The translations under genes and the position numbers were made by a program. The notes beneath the pieces were generated by a model. It saw only the letters and a program-made list of their open reading frames with translations. It was not told the DNA's origin and did no database searches. This document shows, piece after piece, positions 29,309 through 39,875 of a stretch of 64,000 nucleotides of DNA. Every line of letters starts with the position of its first letter. Within the stretch, counting starts at the first letter, position 1. Source of the DNA: Patescibacteria group bacterium (GTDB lineage: Bacteria; Patescibacteriota; Patescibacteriia; UBA1558; GWA2-36-10); NCBI GenBank assembly GCA_041650755.1, contig JBAZKN010000004.1, positions 4,624 to 68,623 of the forward strand. Direction: 5' to 3'.

Positions 29309-31699
29309 TTATCTCTTTAATTTTTTCTCCGTCTGATTGATAGCCAAGGTGGTTTTGACAACGGTATCAGGATTCAAAGAAATTGAATCAATCCCCTCTT
29401 CCACCAAAAATTGAGCAAAATCCGGAAAATCCGATGGAGCTTGGCCGCAGATACCAATTTTAGTCTTGTGCATTTTAGCGGTTTTGATCACTTGGCGCAA
29501 TAATAATTTGACTGATTCGTTTCTTTCATCATACACATGGGCAACCAGCGGCGAGTCCCGATCCACGCCCAGGGTAAGCTGAGTAAGATCATTGGAGCCA
29601 ATAGAAAAACCATCAAAAATTTTACAAAAATCTGCAGCTAAAATTACATTGGATGGAATCTCACACATAACATAAATCTCCAAGCCGTTGACACCCCGTT
29701 TGAGGCCATGCTCGGCCATAATGCCCAAAACATTCCTGCCTTCCTCTATGGTCCGGCAGAAAGGCACCATAATTTTTAAATTTTTGAGGCCCATAGCCCG
29801 GCGCACTCGGGCCAGAGCTTTGCATTCTAGCACAAAGGCCGGCAAATATTTCTCATCATAATAGCGACTTGCCCCGCGCCAGCCAAGCATTGGATTGTTC
29901 TCTGTCGGCTCAAATTCTTTACCACCAATCAAATTAGCGTATTCATTTGATTTGAAGTCCGATAAACGAACAATGACGTCTTTAGGATAAAAACTAGCGG
30001 CAATCCGCGCTACGCCTTCAGTTAATTTATCCACAAAATATTGGGTCTTATTATTATAGCCGACCGTCAAAGCTTCAATCTGTTTTTTGGCCTTGTGATC
30101 TTTTAGATGATGAAAATGTATCAGAGCCAGGGGATGAATCTTTATGGTATTATTGATGATAAATTCTTCTCTGGCTAAACCCACGCCATCATTTGGTATA
30201 AAGCTGTCGGCCATAGCTGTTTCTGGGTTGCCAACATTCATCATGATCTTGGTCCGAGGTTTTTTTATAGTCTTTAAATCCGTCTTTTTTATTTTAAAAG
30301 ATAATAAGCCCTCATAAACAAAGCCCCGCTCGCCTTCGGCGCAAGACACTGTCACATTTTGTTTATTGCGAATATGCTCGGTGCCATTTTGCGTGCCCAC
30401 TACGCAGGGAATGCCTAGCTCACGGCTGACAATGGCCGCATGACAGGTGCGGCCACCTTCGTTGGTGACTATGGCCGAGGCTTTTTTCATGATTGGCTCC
30501 CAATCGGGATCAGTCATGACTGTGACCAACACTTCGCCCTGTTTAAAATTATCAATTTCCGAAACATCTCTGATGACATGGGCCACTCCCTGGCCAATCT
30601 TGTTGCCTACTGAAGCGCCTTCGGCTAAAAGCGGACCGCGGCCGTGCAAAATATATTCCAATAAAACATTCTGATCGTCTTGAGAGCGGACAGTCTCCGG
30701 CCGAGCCTGGACAATATAAAGTCTGCCCGTCACGCCGTCTTTGGCCCACTCCATGTCCATCGGTTTTTTGTAATGTTTTTCAATGGTCACGCCCCACTTG
30801 GCAAGCTGTAAAACTTCACTGTCGGTCAAACAAAATTTATTTCTTTCCAACACCGACACCCTTACATTCTTGGTGCTCTTATTACCGCCAAAACTATAAA
30901 CTAATTTCTGTTCTTTAGAACCCAAACGCCGACCAATAATTGATTTGAAGCCTTTTAGCAATGTAGGTTTGAAAATATAATATTCATCAGGATTGACTGC
31001 TCCTTTGACCACATACTCTCCAAGACCATAAGAGGCGTTAATCAACACCGCATCTTTAAAGCCGGATTCAGTGTCAATGGAAAACATCACGCCCGAACAA
31101 GCCTTGTCAGAGCGCACCATTTTTTGCACCGTGATAGATAACTTTACTTTAAAGTGATCAAAGCCCTTATCCTTGCGGTAAGAAATAGCCCGATCAGTAA
31201 ATAAAGACGACACGCATTTTTTACAAGCTTCCAGCAAATCATGCTCGCCACGAATATTGAGATATGATTCTTGCTGGCCGGCAAAAGAAGCATCAACCAG
31301 GTCTTCGGCCGTCGCCGAACTCCTGACCGCCACATCAACATGGCTGGTCTTAAACTCCCTGGATAATTTTTTATAAGCAGCAATAATCTCCTTTTTTAAA
31401 TCATCGGGAAATTCTGCCCGCAAAATAGCCTGGCGGACCAAATGGCCGCGGCTCGATAAATTTTTTATATTACCAGTATCCAGGCCCCGCAAAATATTCT
31501 TGATCTTATCTTTGACTTTGCCGGTAGTGATAAAATATTCATAAGCCTGGGCTGTGACAGCAAAGCCATTGGGCACGCGAATGCCGGCTTTGGTCAGGTG
31601 CCGATACATTTCACCCAAAGAAGCGCCTTTGCCGCCCACCAAAGGAACGTCTTTGATACCGATTTCTTTGAACCAGAGAATATATTTATTTTTTTGCAT
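29309..31699 (-). CDS. ppsA: Phosphoenolpyruvate synthase
   Basis: GGKGASLGE, RSSATAED, TCHAAIVSRELG, FSIGSNDLTQ. Confidence 0.97.
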   Translation of the reverse strand: MQKNKYILWFKEIGIKDVPLVGGKGASLGEMYRHLTKAGIRVPNGFAVTAQAYEYFITTGKVKDKIKNILRGLDTGNIKNLSSRGHLVRQAILRAEFPDDLKKEIIAAYKKLSREFKTSHVDVAVRSSATAEDLVDASFAGQQESYLNIRGEHDLLEACKKCVSSLFTDRAISYRKDKGFDHFKVKLSITVQKMVRSDKACSGVMFSIDTESGFKDAVLINASYGLGEYVVKGAVNPDEYYIFKPTLLKGFKSIIGRRLGSKEQKLVYSFGGNKSTKNVRVSVLERNKFCLTDSEVLQLAKWGVTIEKHYKKPMDMEWAKDGVTGRLYIVQARPETVRSQDDQNVLLEYILHGRGPLLAEGASVGNKIGQGVAHVIRDVSEIDNFKQGEVLVTVMTDPDWEPIMKKASAIVTNEGGRTCHAAIVSRELGIPCVVGTQNGTEHIRNKQNVTVSCAEGERGFVYEGLLSFKIKKTDLKTIKKPRTKIMMNVGNPETAMADSFIPNDGVGLAREEFIINNTIKIHPLALIHFHHLKDHKAKKQIEALTVGYNNKTQYFVDKLTEGVARIAASFYPKDVIVRLSDFKSNEYANLIGGKEFEPTENNPMLGWRGASRYYDEKYLPAFVLECKALARVRRAMGLKNLKIMVPFCRTIEEGRNVLGIMAEHGLKRGVNGLEIYVMCEIPSNVILAADFCKIFDGFSIGSNDLTQLTLGVDRDSPLVAHVYDERNESVKLLLRQVIKTAKMHKTKIGICGQAPSDFPDFAQFLVEEGIDSISLNPDTVVKTTLAINQTEKKLKR

Positions 31700-31745
31700 A
31701 AATATTTGTTTCTGCTAAATTTATTTAACAGGATAAATTTTTATT

Positions 31746-32054
31746 TTATAAATTGAGCTTGTCTATATACTTGCCAAAAAATGGTAAGCGCCAATATTTA
31801 CCGTGCAAAACTTGGCTAATACCATACAGAGAAAAGAAGACTGCTAGTAGAAATACCGGCCACAATAGCCAGCCAAAAGCACCAGAAATAATCTCCACCA
31901 ATAAAAGCACTAGGCCCTGCTTGGCGTGCCACTGGACAAAAGATGATTGTTTTTTAAAAATTAGCGGAATAAAACACAAAATGCCGACATAAGACATGGC
32001 AGCTGAAATTTTATGTTCCTCAACATCATTCTTGTTGGGCAAAATAGGTTTCAT
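31746..32054 (-). CDS. DUF4870-like small membrane protein
   Basis: AAMSY..L, FVQWHAKQGL. Confidence 0.75.
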   Translation of the reverse strand: MKPILPNKNDVEEHKISAAMSYVGILCFIPLIFKKQSSFVQWHAKQGLVLLLVEIISGAFGWLLWPVFLLAVFFSLYGISQVLHGKYWRLPFFGKYIDKLNL

Positions 32055-32156
32055 CGCGTTAAAAATTTTAATTAATTAAGTATTGTGTTCTAAAATAGAA
32101 TATACAAATTCTCAATATTCCCGCAAAACATATTTGATAAATTTTAACGGGATAAA
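32050..32156. repeat. Degenerate second copy of the CCCGTTA inverted-repeat element
   Basis: TTCATCGCGTTAAAAATT ... AATTTTAACGGGATAAA; similar length to 19577-19689. Confidence 0.55.
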
Positions 32157-32161
32157 TATTT

Positions 32162-32680
32162 TTACTTTTTTACTAATTTAAAATACAGGGCGCTGACTAA
32201 GGCTACTAATAATATCGCCCAAATCGGGTCAATCAAGAGATTTAGCCAAGCCCAGACAGCCTGCATATAAATAATCTTGACGATGCCGGATAAAATAGTG
32301 CCTAGTAGCCAAGCCGTAAAAGCTACAGCCAAAATCCGATCACGACTAAAGCCCCAGGTGTGCCCCAGCTGCAGCCAAACGATCAGGGCCACCAAGCGCC
32401 ATAGCCAGCTGACTAGCAAAAGAGTGTCTCCTGTCCAAAAACTATGTTCTGACCAAAACAACAATAAATATTCACCAGCTACCAAAATAGCCAAAACTAC
32501 CAGTGAAGTAAAAATCCAGCTCAAAATCTTTGGCTCTTTTGGTTTTAGTTTACTAACCTCAGTGCGTAGTAGCTCCTCTATTTCCGGTGAACCAAAATCA
32601 GCTACCCAAACTTCAGTCTCCCGAAAACCCAAAACCGGGTCAGTATTTTTATTTTTCTTTTTAAAAATAGATCTAACCAT
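32162..32680 (-). CDS. Hypothetical membrane protein
   Basis: 4 TM segments; ATG 6 nt after TG-n-TATAAT. Confidence 0.65.
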   Translation of the reverse strand: MVRSIFKKKNKNTDPVLGFRETEVWVADFGSPEIEELLRTEVSKLKPKEPKILSWIFTSLVVLAILVAGEYLLLFWSEHSFWTGDTLLLVSWLWRLVALIVWLQLGHTWGFSRDRILAVAFTAWLLGTILSGIVKIIYMQAVWAWLNLLIDPIWAILLVALVSALYFKLVKK

Positions 32681-32710
32681 GTCTATATTATAACATAAAA
32701 TAAGCCAAAC

Positions 32711-32753
32711 AAAAAATCCCACCCCACATTATAAAAATTTACGTGGAGCGGGA
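32711..32753 (-). terminator. Intrinsic terminator
   Basis: TCCCGCTCCACGT...ATGTGGGGTGGGA then T-run. Confidence 0.65.
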
Positions 32754-32762
32754 CAGATTAAT

Positions 32763-34868
32763 TTACTCTGAAATCTTATTTAAATCATCATTGCTAATGC
32801 CTAAACTCAAATAACGCATAATCTGATAAGCGGCCGTACCATCCTTCATATAGTAACGCTTGCCATCTGCTGGGTTTACATACCAGGCTTCGCCATTGTT
32901 TTCCACCTGAAGTAATATTCTACCTTTTACTCTGTTCACCAAAGCTTGGTTAGTTGTACTACCGGCATTAGCCGTCGGTGGCAAAGTAATATTTAGACGA
33001 CTATCATTGCCGATAGGAATTTTTTGTAAATCAACATTTTTGATCCCCAGTCCGGTATCCCGCATAACTCCGTAAGCGGTCTCGCCGTCTTTTATATATA
33101 TTTTTTTGCCATCGGTTGGTTTGACATAATAAGCCTCCCCGCGAGATTCCACTTGCAGTAAAATTCTCCCCTTAACTCTATTTATCAATCCGGTTTCAAC
33201 TTTTATCGGTTTGGCCGCAACGGTGCAAGGACCTTCTTTATCACCATGAGCTAAGTGCGCGGCTAAAGCTGATTTCGCAATCTCCAAAGTGTTGGTTTTA
33301 TTATTACCCATCACATGGCAGACAAAAACTTTTTCTTCAGGAATATAGCCTGGAGAACCATAGGTAGTAAAATCAATAATTTTAGGAGCACCATATTTAT
33401 AACTAAGCTCCCCTGGTATACCAGCTGTCTTTTTTAGCTCTACATAATACTTAGTATCAGCTAATAAATTATTCAAGGTAACTATGCTGGCATTAATATT
33501 GCCCGTCACTGTCGCATCATCAGATACACCGCTATTTAACCAACTTATATTAGACAAAGCATTGGTATTAGTAGCATGGCGATACCAACCGTTGCTACCC
33601 ATATTTACTGCCTGCCAATATATTCTAGCCGAATTTGTAGTCAGCTGGTCAACTCTGGTTTCGGCAATATCCAAACTAGGTGAATATGAGCCCACGGTAC
33701 CTGTGACAAAAGAAAATTCAGTAAGCTGACCGTATTGACTACCAAGATTTTTTCTAACTTGAATATAATAAGTAGCGCCGGCATCCAGACCGGACAAGTC
33801 TACTTGGCTAGCAAACATGTTGCCAGTCACATCTGGATTATTACTGACCCCTTCTGTAAGCCAAGACAAATTACTCAATGCATTTTTATCTTTAGAATAA
33901 CGATATTCTCCGGTGCTACCAATATTTGCGCGCCACCAAATTCTAACGGAATTTTTCGTCACATTAATCGCTCTGTACTCAATAACATTGAGTAAATTAG
34001 TATCATAAACGGTAATCCATTTGCTGGCACTATTATTCCAAAAACTTAATTCAGCGTCTGTATCATGGGGATTATAAACAAAGCTAATAAACTCATTTCT
34101 CTTTTTTGGATATGTGCCCTTGAAGCTATAATAAAAAGTATCCCCTGGTTTAATTGGATTGGCGCTAGATACTTTAGGCATAGTAGTTTCCGTTACCACC
34201 AAATTACCCAGCACTTTATAAATATTATCTAATATAGCTTGGCTGGTAATATTAGTGGTGCCGGTATTTCTAGCCTGTATTTTAATTTCTACTGGCTCAT
34301 TCACTATCGGCATATCCGGTATTATCTGAATATAATCTACCCCAATATCCGGACCTCCAACCGCCTCACCAATGGTATCAACTATGCCCTGAAATGTCCC
34401 GGCACACCAGTGGATATCATTTACTTCATACTTTTTTGTAAACTGATAATAACAAGCTTGACTATAATCGTTGTTATACCAATTTGCTATCAAACTAATA
34501 TCTGATAAGTTAACTTTGCCGTCATTATTGATATCAACAATTTCATTATAAGTCTGCGTGCGCACAGCATCACTCACCAACCCAAACAAAGAACTGCACC
34601 AGCTATCACTAACAGAATAATTAGGGCTACTGCCGGTTGTATTTTGTGGGGCAGATAACTTTGATTGGTAAAATTGATAACACTTTGCATGATTATTGGA
34701 AGTGAGCCAACCAGATACCAGACTGGTATCTGATAAATTAATTGCCTGGTCTTTATTAAGGTCAAAAATGTTGGAATAGCGACCAACGTAAATGCTGGCT
34801 GAACCAGACTGAGCCATCAATAAAAATGCCAAAGCTATTATTAACCCTAGATAAACTTTTTTAGACAT
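32763..34868 (-). CDS. Secreted/surface protein: dockerin-like repeats, CARDB/Fn3-like domains, C-terminal CPR repeat
   Basis: DLNKDQAINLSD and DINNDGKVNLSD; two GRILLQVE..GEA(W/Y)YV.P repeats. Confidence 0.7.
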   Translation of the reverse strand: MSKKVYLGLIIALAFLLMAQSGSASIYVGRYSNIFDLNKDQAINLSDTSLVSGWLTSNNHAKCYQFYQSKLSAPQNTTGSSPNYSVSDSWCSSLFGLVSDAVRTQTYNEIVDINNDGKVNLSDISLIANWYNNDYSQACYYQFTKKYEVNDIHWCAGTFQGIVDTIGEAVGGPDIGVDYIQIIPDMPIVNEPVEIKIQARNTGTTNITSQAILDNIYKVLGNLVVTETTMPKVSSANPIKPGDTFYYSFKGTYPKKRNEFISFVYNPHDTDAELSFWNNSASKWITVYDTNLLNVIEYRAINVTKNSVRIWWRANIGSTGEYRYSKDKNALSNLSWLTEGVSNNPDVTGNMFASQVDLSGLDAGATYYIQVRKNLGSQYGQLTEFSFVTGTVGSYSPSLDIAETRVDQLTTNSARIYWQAVNMGSNGWYRHATNTNALSNISWLNSGVSDDATVTGNINASIVTLNNLLADTKYYVELKKTAGIPGELSYKYGAPKIIDFTTYGSPGYIPEEKVFVCHVMGNNKTNTLEIAKSALAAHLAHGDKEGPCTVAAKPIKVETGLINRVKGRILLQVESRGEAYYVKPTDGKKIYIKDGETAYGVMRDTGLGIKNVDLQKIPIGNDSRLNITLPPTANAGSTTNQALVNRVKGRILLQVENNGEAWYVNPADGKRYYMKDGTAAYQIMRYLSLGISNDDLNKISE

Positions 34869-34946
34869 AGTTTTTAATAAAAATTTTAATTAAAGTATAT
34901 AAAAATATATTAAAAATCAGGAAGTAGCTCTTATTTTATTATACCA

Positions 34947-34978
34947 AAAACACCTGCCTAATAAAAGACGGGTGTTTT
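34947..34978 (-). terminator. groL terminator
   Basis: AAAACACCTGCCT...AGACGGGTGTTTT. Confidence 0.7.
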
Positions 34979-35006
34979 CTAAAATTAATTTTGTTTGAGC
35001 AATACA

Positions 35007-36674
<1,668 letters not shown>

Positions 36675-36680
36675 TTAATT

Positions 36681-36772
36681 GTCATTGCGAGCGAGTGGAG
36701 CGAGCGTGGTAATCTATAATATTATAGATTACCATGTCTCGTCACGTTAGACGCGACGAGACTCGCAATGAC
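36681..36772. repeat. 92-bp nested palindromic element (RPE/REP-like)
   Basis: GTCATTGCGAG...CTCGCAATGAC enclosing TGGTAATCTATAAT/ATTATAGATTACCA and TCTCGTC/GACGAGA stems. Confidence 0.85.
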
Positions 36773-36780
36773 GTAAAAAA

Positions 36781-37056
36781 TTATTCAACGACAGCTAACA
36801 AGTCCTCGTGGTTTAATATCTTGTACTCCGCACCATCAATCTTAATCTCCGATCCGCCGTATTCAGAAAAAACGACCTTTTGTCCGATTTGCAAATTTAA
36901 TTTAGAAATTTTTTCACCGGCTCCGACAGCCACTATCTCACCTTGGGAGCGAGATTCTTTATTGACTGTGTCCGGTAAAATAATGCCGCCTTTGGTGGTT
37001 TCTTCTTTGGGTAATGGTTTGACAACTACCCGATCGCCTAGTGGTTTTAACTTCAT
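36781..37056 (-). CDS. groS: Co-chaperonin GroES
   Basis: MKLKPLGDRVVV, TKGGIILP. Confidence 0.98.
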   Translation of the reverse strand: MKLKPLGDRVVVKPLPKEETTKGGIILPDTVNKESRSQGEIVAVGAGEKISKLNLQIGQKVVFSEYGGSEIKIDGAEYKILNHEDLLAVVE

Positions 37057-37082
37057 ATTATTTTTATACTTAAAATTAATGA

Positions 37083-37123
37083 TTAGCACTTTGTATTTTA
37101 GAGTGCTAATAAAAAATTGTCAA
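37083..37123 (-). promoter_or_regulatory. CIRCE (HrcA operator) overlapping the groESL promoter
   Basis: TTAGCACTT-N9-GAGTGCTAA (one mismatch to consensus); minus-strand TTGACA-N17-TAAAAT. Confidence 0.92.
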
Positions 37124-37179
37124 GAGAATGTAATACTATATCACAAAATAATCAAAATAAAACGAAGTAAAAATAAAGG

Positions 37180-37208
37180 TTGACAAAAAAATATATTTAT
37201 GCTATTAT
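37180..37208 (+). promoter_or_regulatory. Promoter of GC cassette C
   Basis: TTGACA-N17-TATTAT with extended TG. Confidence 0.75.
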
Positions 37209-37378
37209 GCAACGTTTTGGCTAAACGGCAAAAATGGAGCCTTTGGTTAGCCAAGGGGTTCCTTAAAAGTCATACATCATTGTTGTTCAGCATCGATATC
37301 TGCACACTCAAGGTGCCAGTAGACAGGACGCAGCAATTCAACACTGCTGCCGGTTTCTTCCAACGAAAGGGGTCTACG

Positions 37379-37978
37379 ATGCTCGCAGTCCTGGCAATGA
37401 CCTTCTGGCAAAAGCTGGGGAACGACATCGGAATGATGGTGTTCGCTGCCCTGGCGATGATCGGTGGGGTCTTCACCTTGATCTCCATGATCTTCGGTCA
37501 TGGCGACCACGACGTCGGCCACGACTTCAGCGCGGGCGACCACGACTTCAGCGCGGGCGACCAGGATGACAGTGCCGGCTCGAACTTCTTCTCGGTTCGC
37601 AACATCATGCTCTTCATGACCGGATTCGGCGGCATCGGCATGCTGGCCAAGTACAAGGGCGCTGACTTCATCGAGAGCAGCTTCTGGGGCGCTTTCTCTG
37701 GCCTCATCATGGCGTTGATCGGCTATCTGATCTACCGCGCTCTCTACAAGAGCCAGGCCTCGTCGCACATCGACAACTCGATGTTGCGCGGTTCAATCGC
37801 GCAAGTGGAAGAGCCCATCGTCCAGAACGGCGTGGGCATCATCGTGGCCGGGGGCGAGATCAACCACATCGTCCGCCTCCGAGCCAGAACCAAGGAGGGC
37901 ACGCCGGTCCCGAGTGGCCGCCAAGTCCGCATTCTGGAGGTCAGCGGCACCGAAGCTCTGGCCGAAGCGCAGCAGTAG
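37379..37978 (+). CDS. NfeD-like (YqiJ/YuaF-type) membrane protein (cassette C)
   Basis: TM helices, His/Asp-rich loop with a 21-bp tandem repeat, C-terminal OB-like GRQVRILEV; AAAGGGG upstream. Confidence 0.8.
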   Translation: MLAVLAMTFWQKLGNDIGMMVFAALAMIGGVFTLISMIFGHGDHDVGHDFSAGDHDFSAGDQDDSAGSNFFSVRNIMLFMTGFGGIGMLAKYKGADFIESSFWGAFSGLIMALIGYLIYRALYKSQASSHIDNSMLRGSIAQVEEPIVQNGVGIIVAGGEINHIVRLRARTKEGTPVPSGRQVRILEVSGTEALAEAQQ

Positions 37979-38042
37979 TCTACACCACCCACCCAACTCC
38001 ATCCAGTGAAGGAGACGAGTCATAGAGCAGGCAACCCACCTC

Positions 38043-39788
38043 ATGCAGTACCTGATCCCGGCGATCGTACTGTTCGTACTGATCGCCTTCGGCGGTGTGA
38101 TCCGTCTGGCGGCCAGGAATTACATCAAGGTCGCGCCCAACGAGGTCGCGATCGTGTGCGGCAGCCGGCACAGGACCTCGGTCATCGTACCCGGCCAGGC
38201 AGAGCCGAAGAGCGTGGTTCGAGGCTTCAGGATCGTCACCGGCGGTGCCTTCTTCAAGATCCCGATCCGTGATCGGGTCGAGATGATGAAGCTGAACCTG
38301 ATGCAGATCTCCGTTCAGGTCGTCAACGTGCCTGACATCAACGGCGTGCGCATCTCGGTCAAGGGCATCGCGAACCTCAAAGTCTTGTCGGACATGGCCT
38401 CGTTGGTCCTGGCCGTCGAGAGGTTCCTGGGCTTTGGCCTGGATTACATCGAGAAGGTAGCCAAGGAGAACCTGGAGTCCAACCTCCGCGCAGTCGTCGG
38501 CAAGATGGCCGTGGAGGAGCTGATCCGTGACCGGACCAAGCTCCAGCAGATGGTCACCGAGGAAGCGGTCCAGGACATGGCCAAGATGGGCTTGGGTCTG
38601 GATCTGATGAACGTCCAGGAGATTTCGGACGAGCAGGGGTACATCGAGGCCTTGGGCAAGAAGAGGACGGCCGAGATCAAGCGCAACGCCACCATCGGCG
38701 AAGCCGAAGCCCTGCGCGACGCCGCCATCAAGTCGGCCGAGGCCAAGCAGGCCGGCGAGACCGCCAAGGCGGCCGCCGAGCAAGCCATCAGCGACGCGAA
38801 CAAGGACATGGACGTGCGCATCGCCGAGAACAATGCCACGGTGCAGGCTCAGAAGGCCAGGATTCCGATCGTCGCCAACCAGGCCGCGGCCGAGGAACAG
38901 CGGATCCTGAACGTCAAGCTGGTCGAGGCCGACAAGGCCAAGACCGAGGCCGAGATCCTGCTGCAGGAAGCGGCGCAGAAGCGACGCGAGGCCGAACTCG
39001 ACGCGACCACGATCATCGAGGCCCAGAAGAGCAAGGAGGCCAAGATCATCGAGGCCGACGCCGAGGCGCAGGCCGCGGAACGCAAGGGCGAGGCCTACCG
39101 CATCCAGCACTCCAAGGAAGGCGAGGGCAACCAGGCCAAGCTGACCGCCGAGGCCAAGGGTCGCAAGGAAGCGGCCAGTGCCACTCAGGCGGAGCTGGTA
39201 GCTCAGGCCGAGGGCAAGAAGGCCGGACTGCTGGCCGACGCCGAGGGCAAGAAGGCCGGACTGCTGGCCGACGCCGAGGGTGTCAGGCAGACTGGTCTGG
39301 CTCGTGCTGCGGGCGTCGAGGCCGTCGGTCTGGCCGAAGGCAAGGCGTCCGAAGCCAAGGCCGCGGCCTACAAGCAGTTGGATGGCCAGGGCATGATGCT
39401 CATGTTCATCCAGCAGTCTCCCGAGGTCATCGAAGCCCTCGGCAAGGCCATCGGCAACGCCATCGCGCCGTCGGCGAACGCCATCGGGCAGGGCCTGGCC
39501 AACATCCAGGAGCTGCGCATGGTGGATCTCGGCGGCGGAATGTCCGGTTCCGCCGGCAAGGACAACATCCTGGGCCAGTTCACCAAGATGCCGATCGAGA
39601 CCATCTACGGCTTGGTGGAGCGGATGAAGGCCACGGGCATGGCTCCGGCCATCATCAAGCTCGCCAAGGACAAGTTCGGGCTCGATCTCGAGTCCGTGTT
39701 CGCCGGCGCCCCGAACCCGAAGCAGTCGCCGAGCGGTCGGGATGCCACGCATCCGGAAGGTGATGATGGCACCGCTGCCGCGGCTTAG
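38043..39788 (+). CDS. Flotillin/SPFH domain protein (cassette C)
   Basis: N-terminal TM, SPFH domain (LESNLRAVVGKM, GYIEALG), Ala/Glu coiled coil with a 33-bp tandem repeat. Confidence 0.92.
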   Translation: MQYLIPAIVLFVLIAFGGVIRLAARNYIKVAPNEVAIVCGSRHRTSVIVPGQAEPKSVVRGFRIVTGGAFFKIPIRDRVEMMKLNLMQISVQVVNVPDINGVRISVKGIANLKVLSDMASLVLAVERFLGFGLDYIEKVAKENLESNLRAVVGKMAVEELIRDRTKLQQMVTEEAVQDMAKMGLGLDLMNVQEISDEQGYIEALGKKRTAEIKRNATIGEAEALRDAAIKSAEAKQAGETAKAAAEQAISDANKDMDVRIAENNATVQAQKARIPIVANQAAAEEQRILNVKLVEADKAKTEAEILLQEAAQKRREAELDATTIIEAQKSKEAKIIEADAEAQAAERKGEAYRIQHSKEGEGNQAKLTAEAKGRKEAASATQAELVAQAEGKKAGLLADAEGKKAGLLADAEGVRQTGLARAAGVEAVGLAEGKASEAKAAAYKQLDGQGMMLMFIQQSPEVIEALGKAIGNAIAPSANAIGQGLANIQELRMVDLGGGMSGSAGKDNILGQFTKMPIETIYGLVERMKATGMAPAIIKLAKDKFGLDLESVFAGAPNPKQSPSGRDATHPEGDDGTAAAA

Positions 39789-39839
39789 TAGAACAGACCG
39801 TCATTGACGGGATGATCTCATAGCTGGGTAGCTCTATAG

Positions 39840-39875
39840 GGGGCAAGGTCCCACGACCTTGCCCCTTTTTCTTTT
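39840..39875 (+). terminator. Terminator of cassette C
   Basis: GGGGCAAGGTC-CCAC-GACCTTGCCCC-TTTTTCTTTT. Confidence 0.9.

Noticed and set aside
36734-37183. 149-aa plus-strand ORF across groS
   Set aside because: Antisense to groS, starts inside the palindromic element and crosses the CIRCE site
37225-37380. c-di-GMP-I riboswitch-like words (GGCAAA, GGACGCA, GGGTCTA)
   Set aside because: Spacing far too long and the required stems are not formed
37980-39752. 590-aa antisense ORF opposite the flotillin gene
   Set aside because: Expected shadow of extreme GC3 codon bias; no SD, promoter or protein motif
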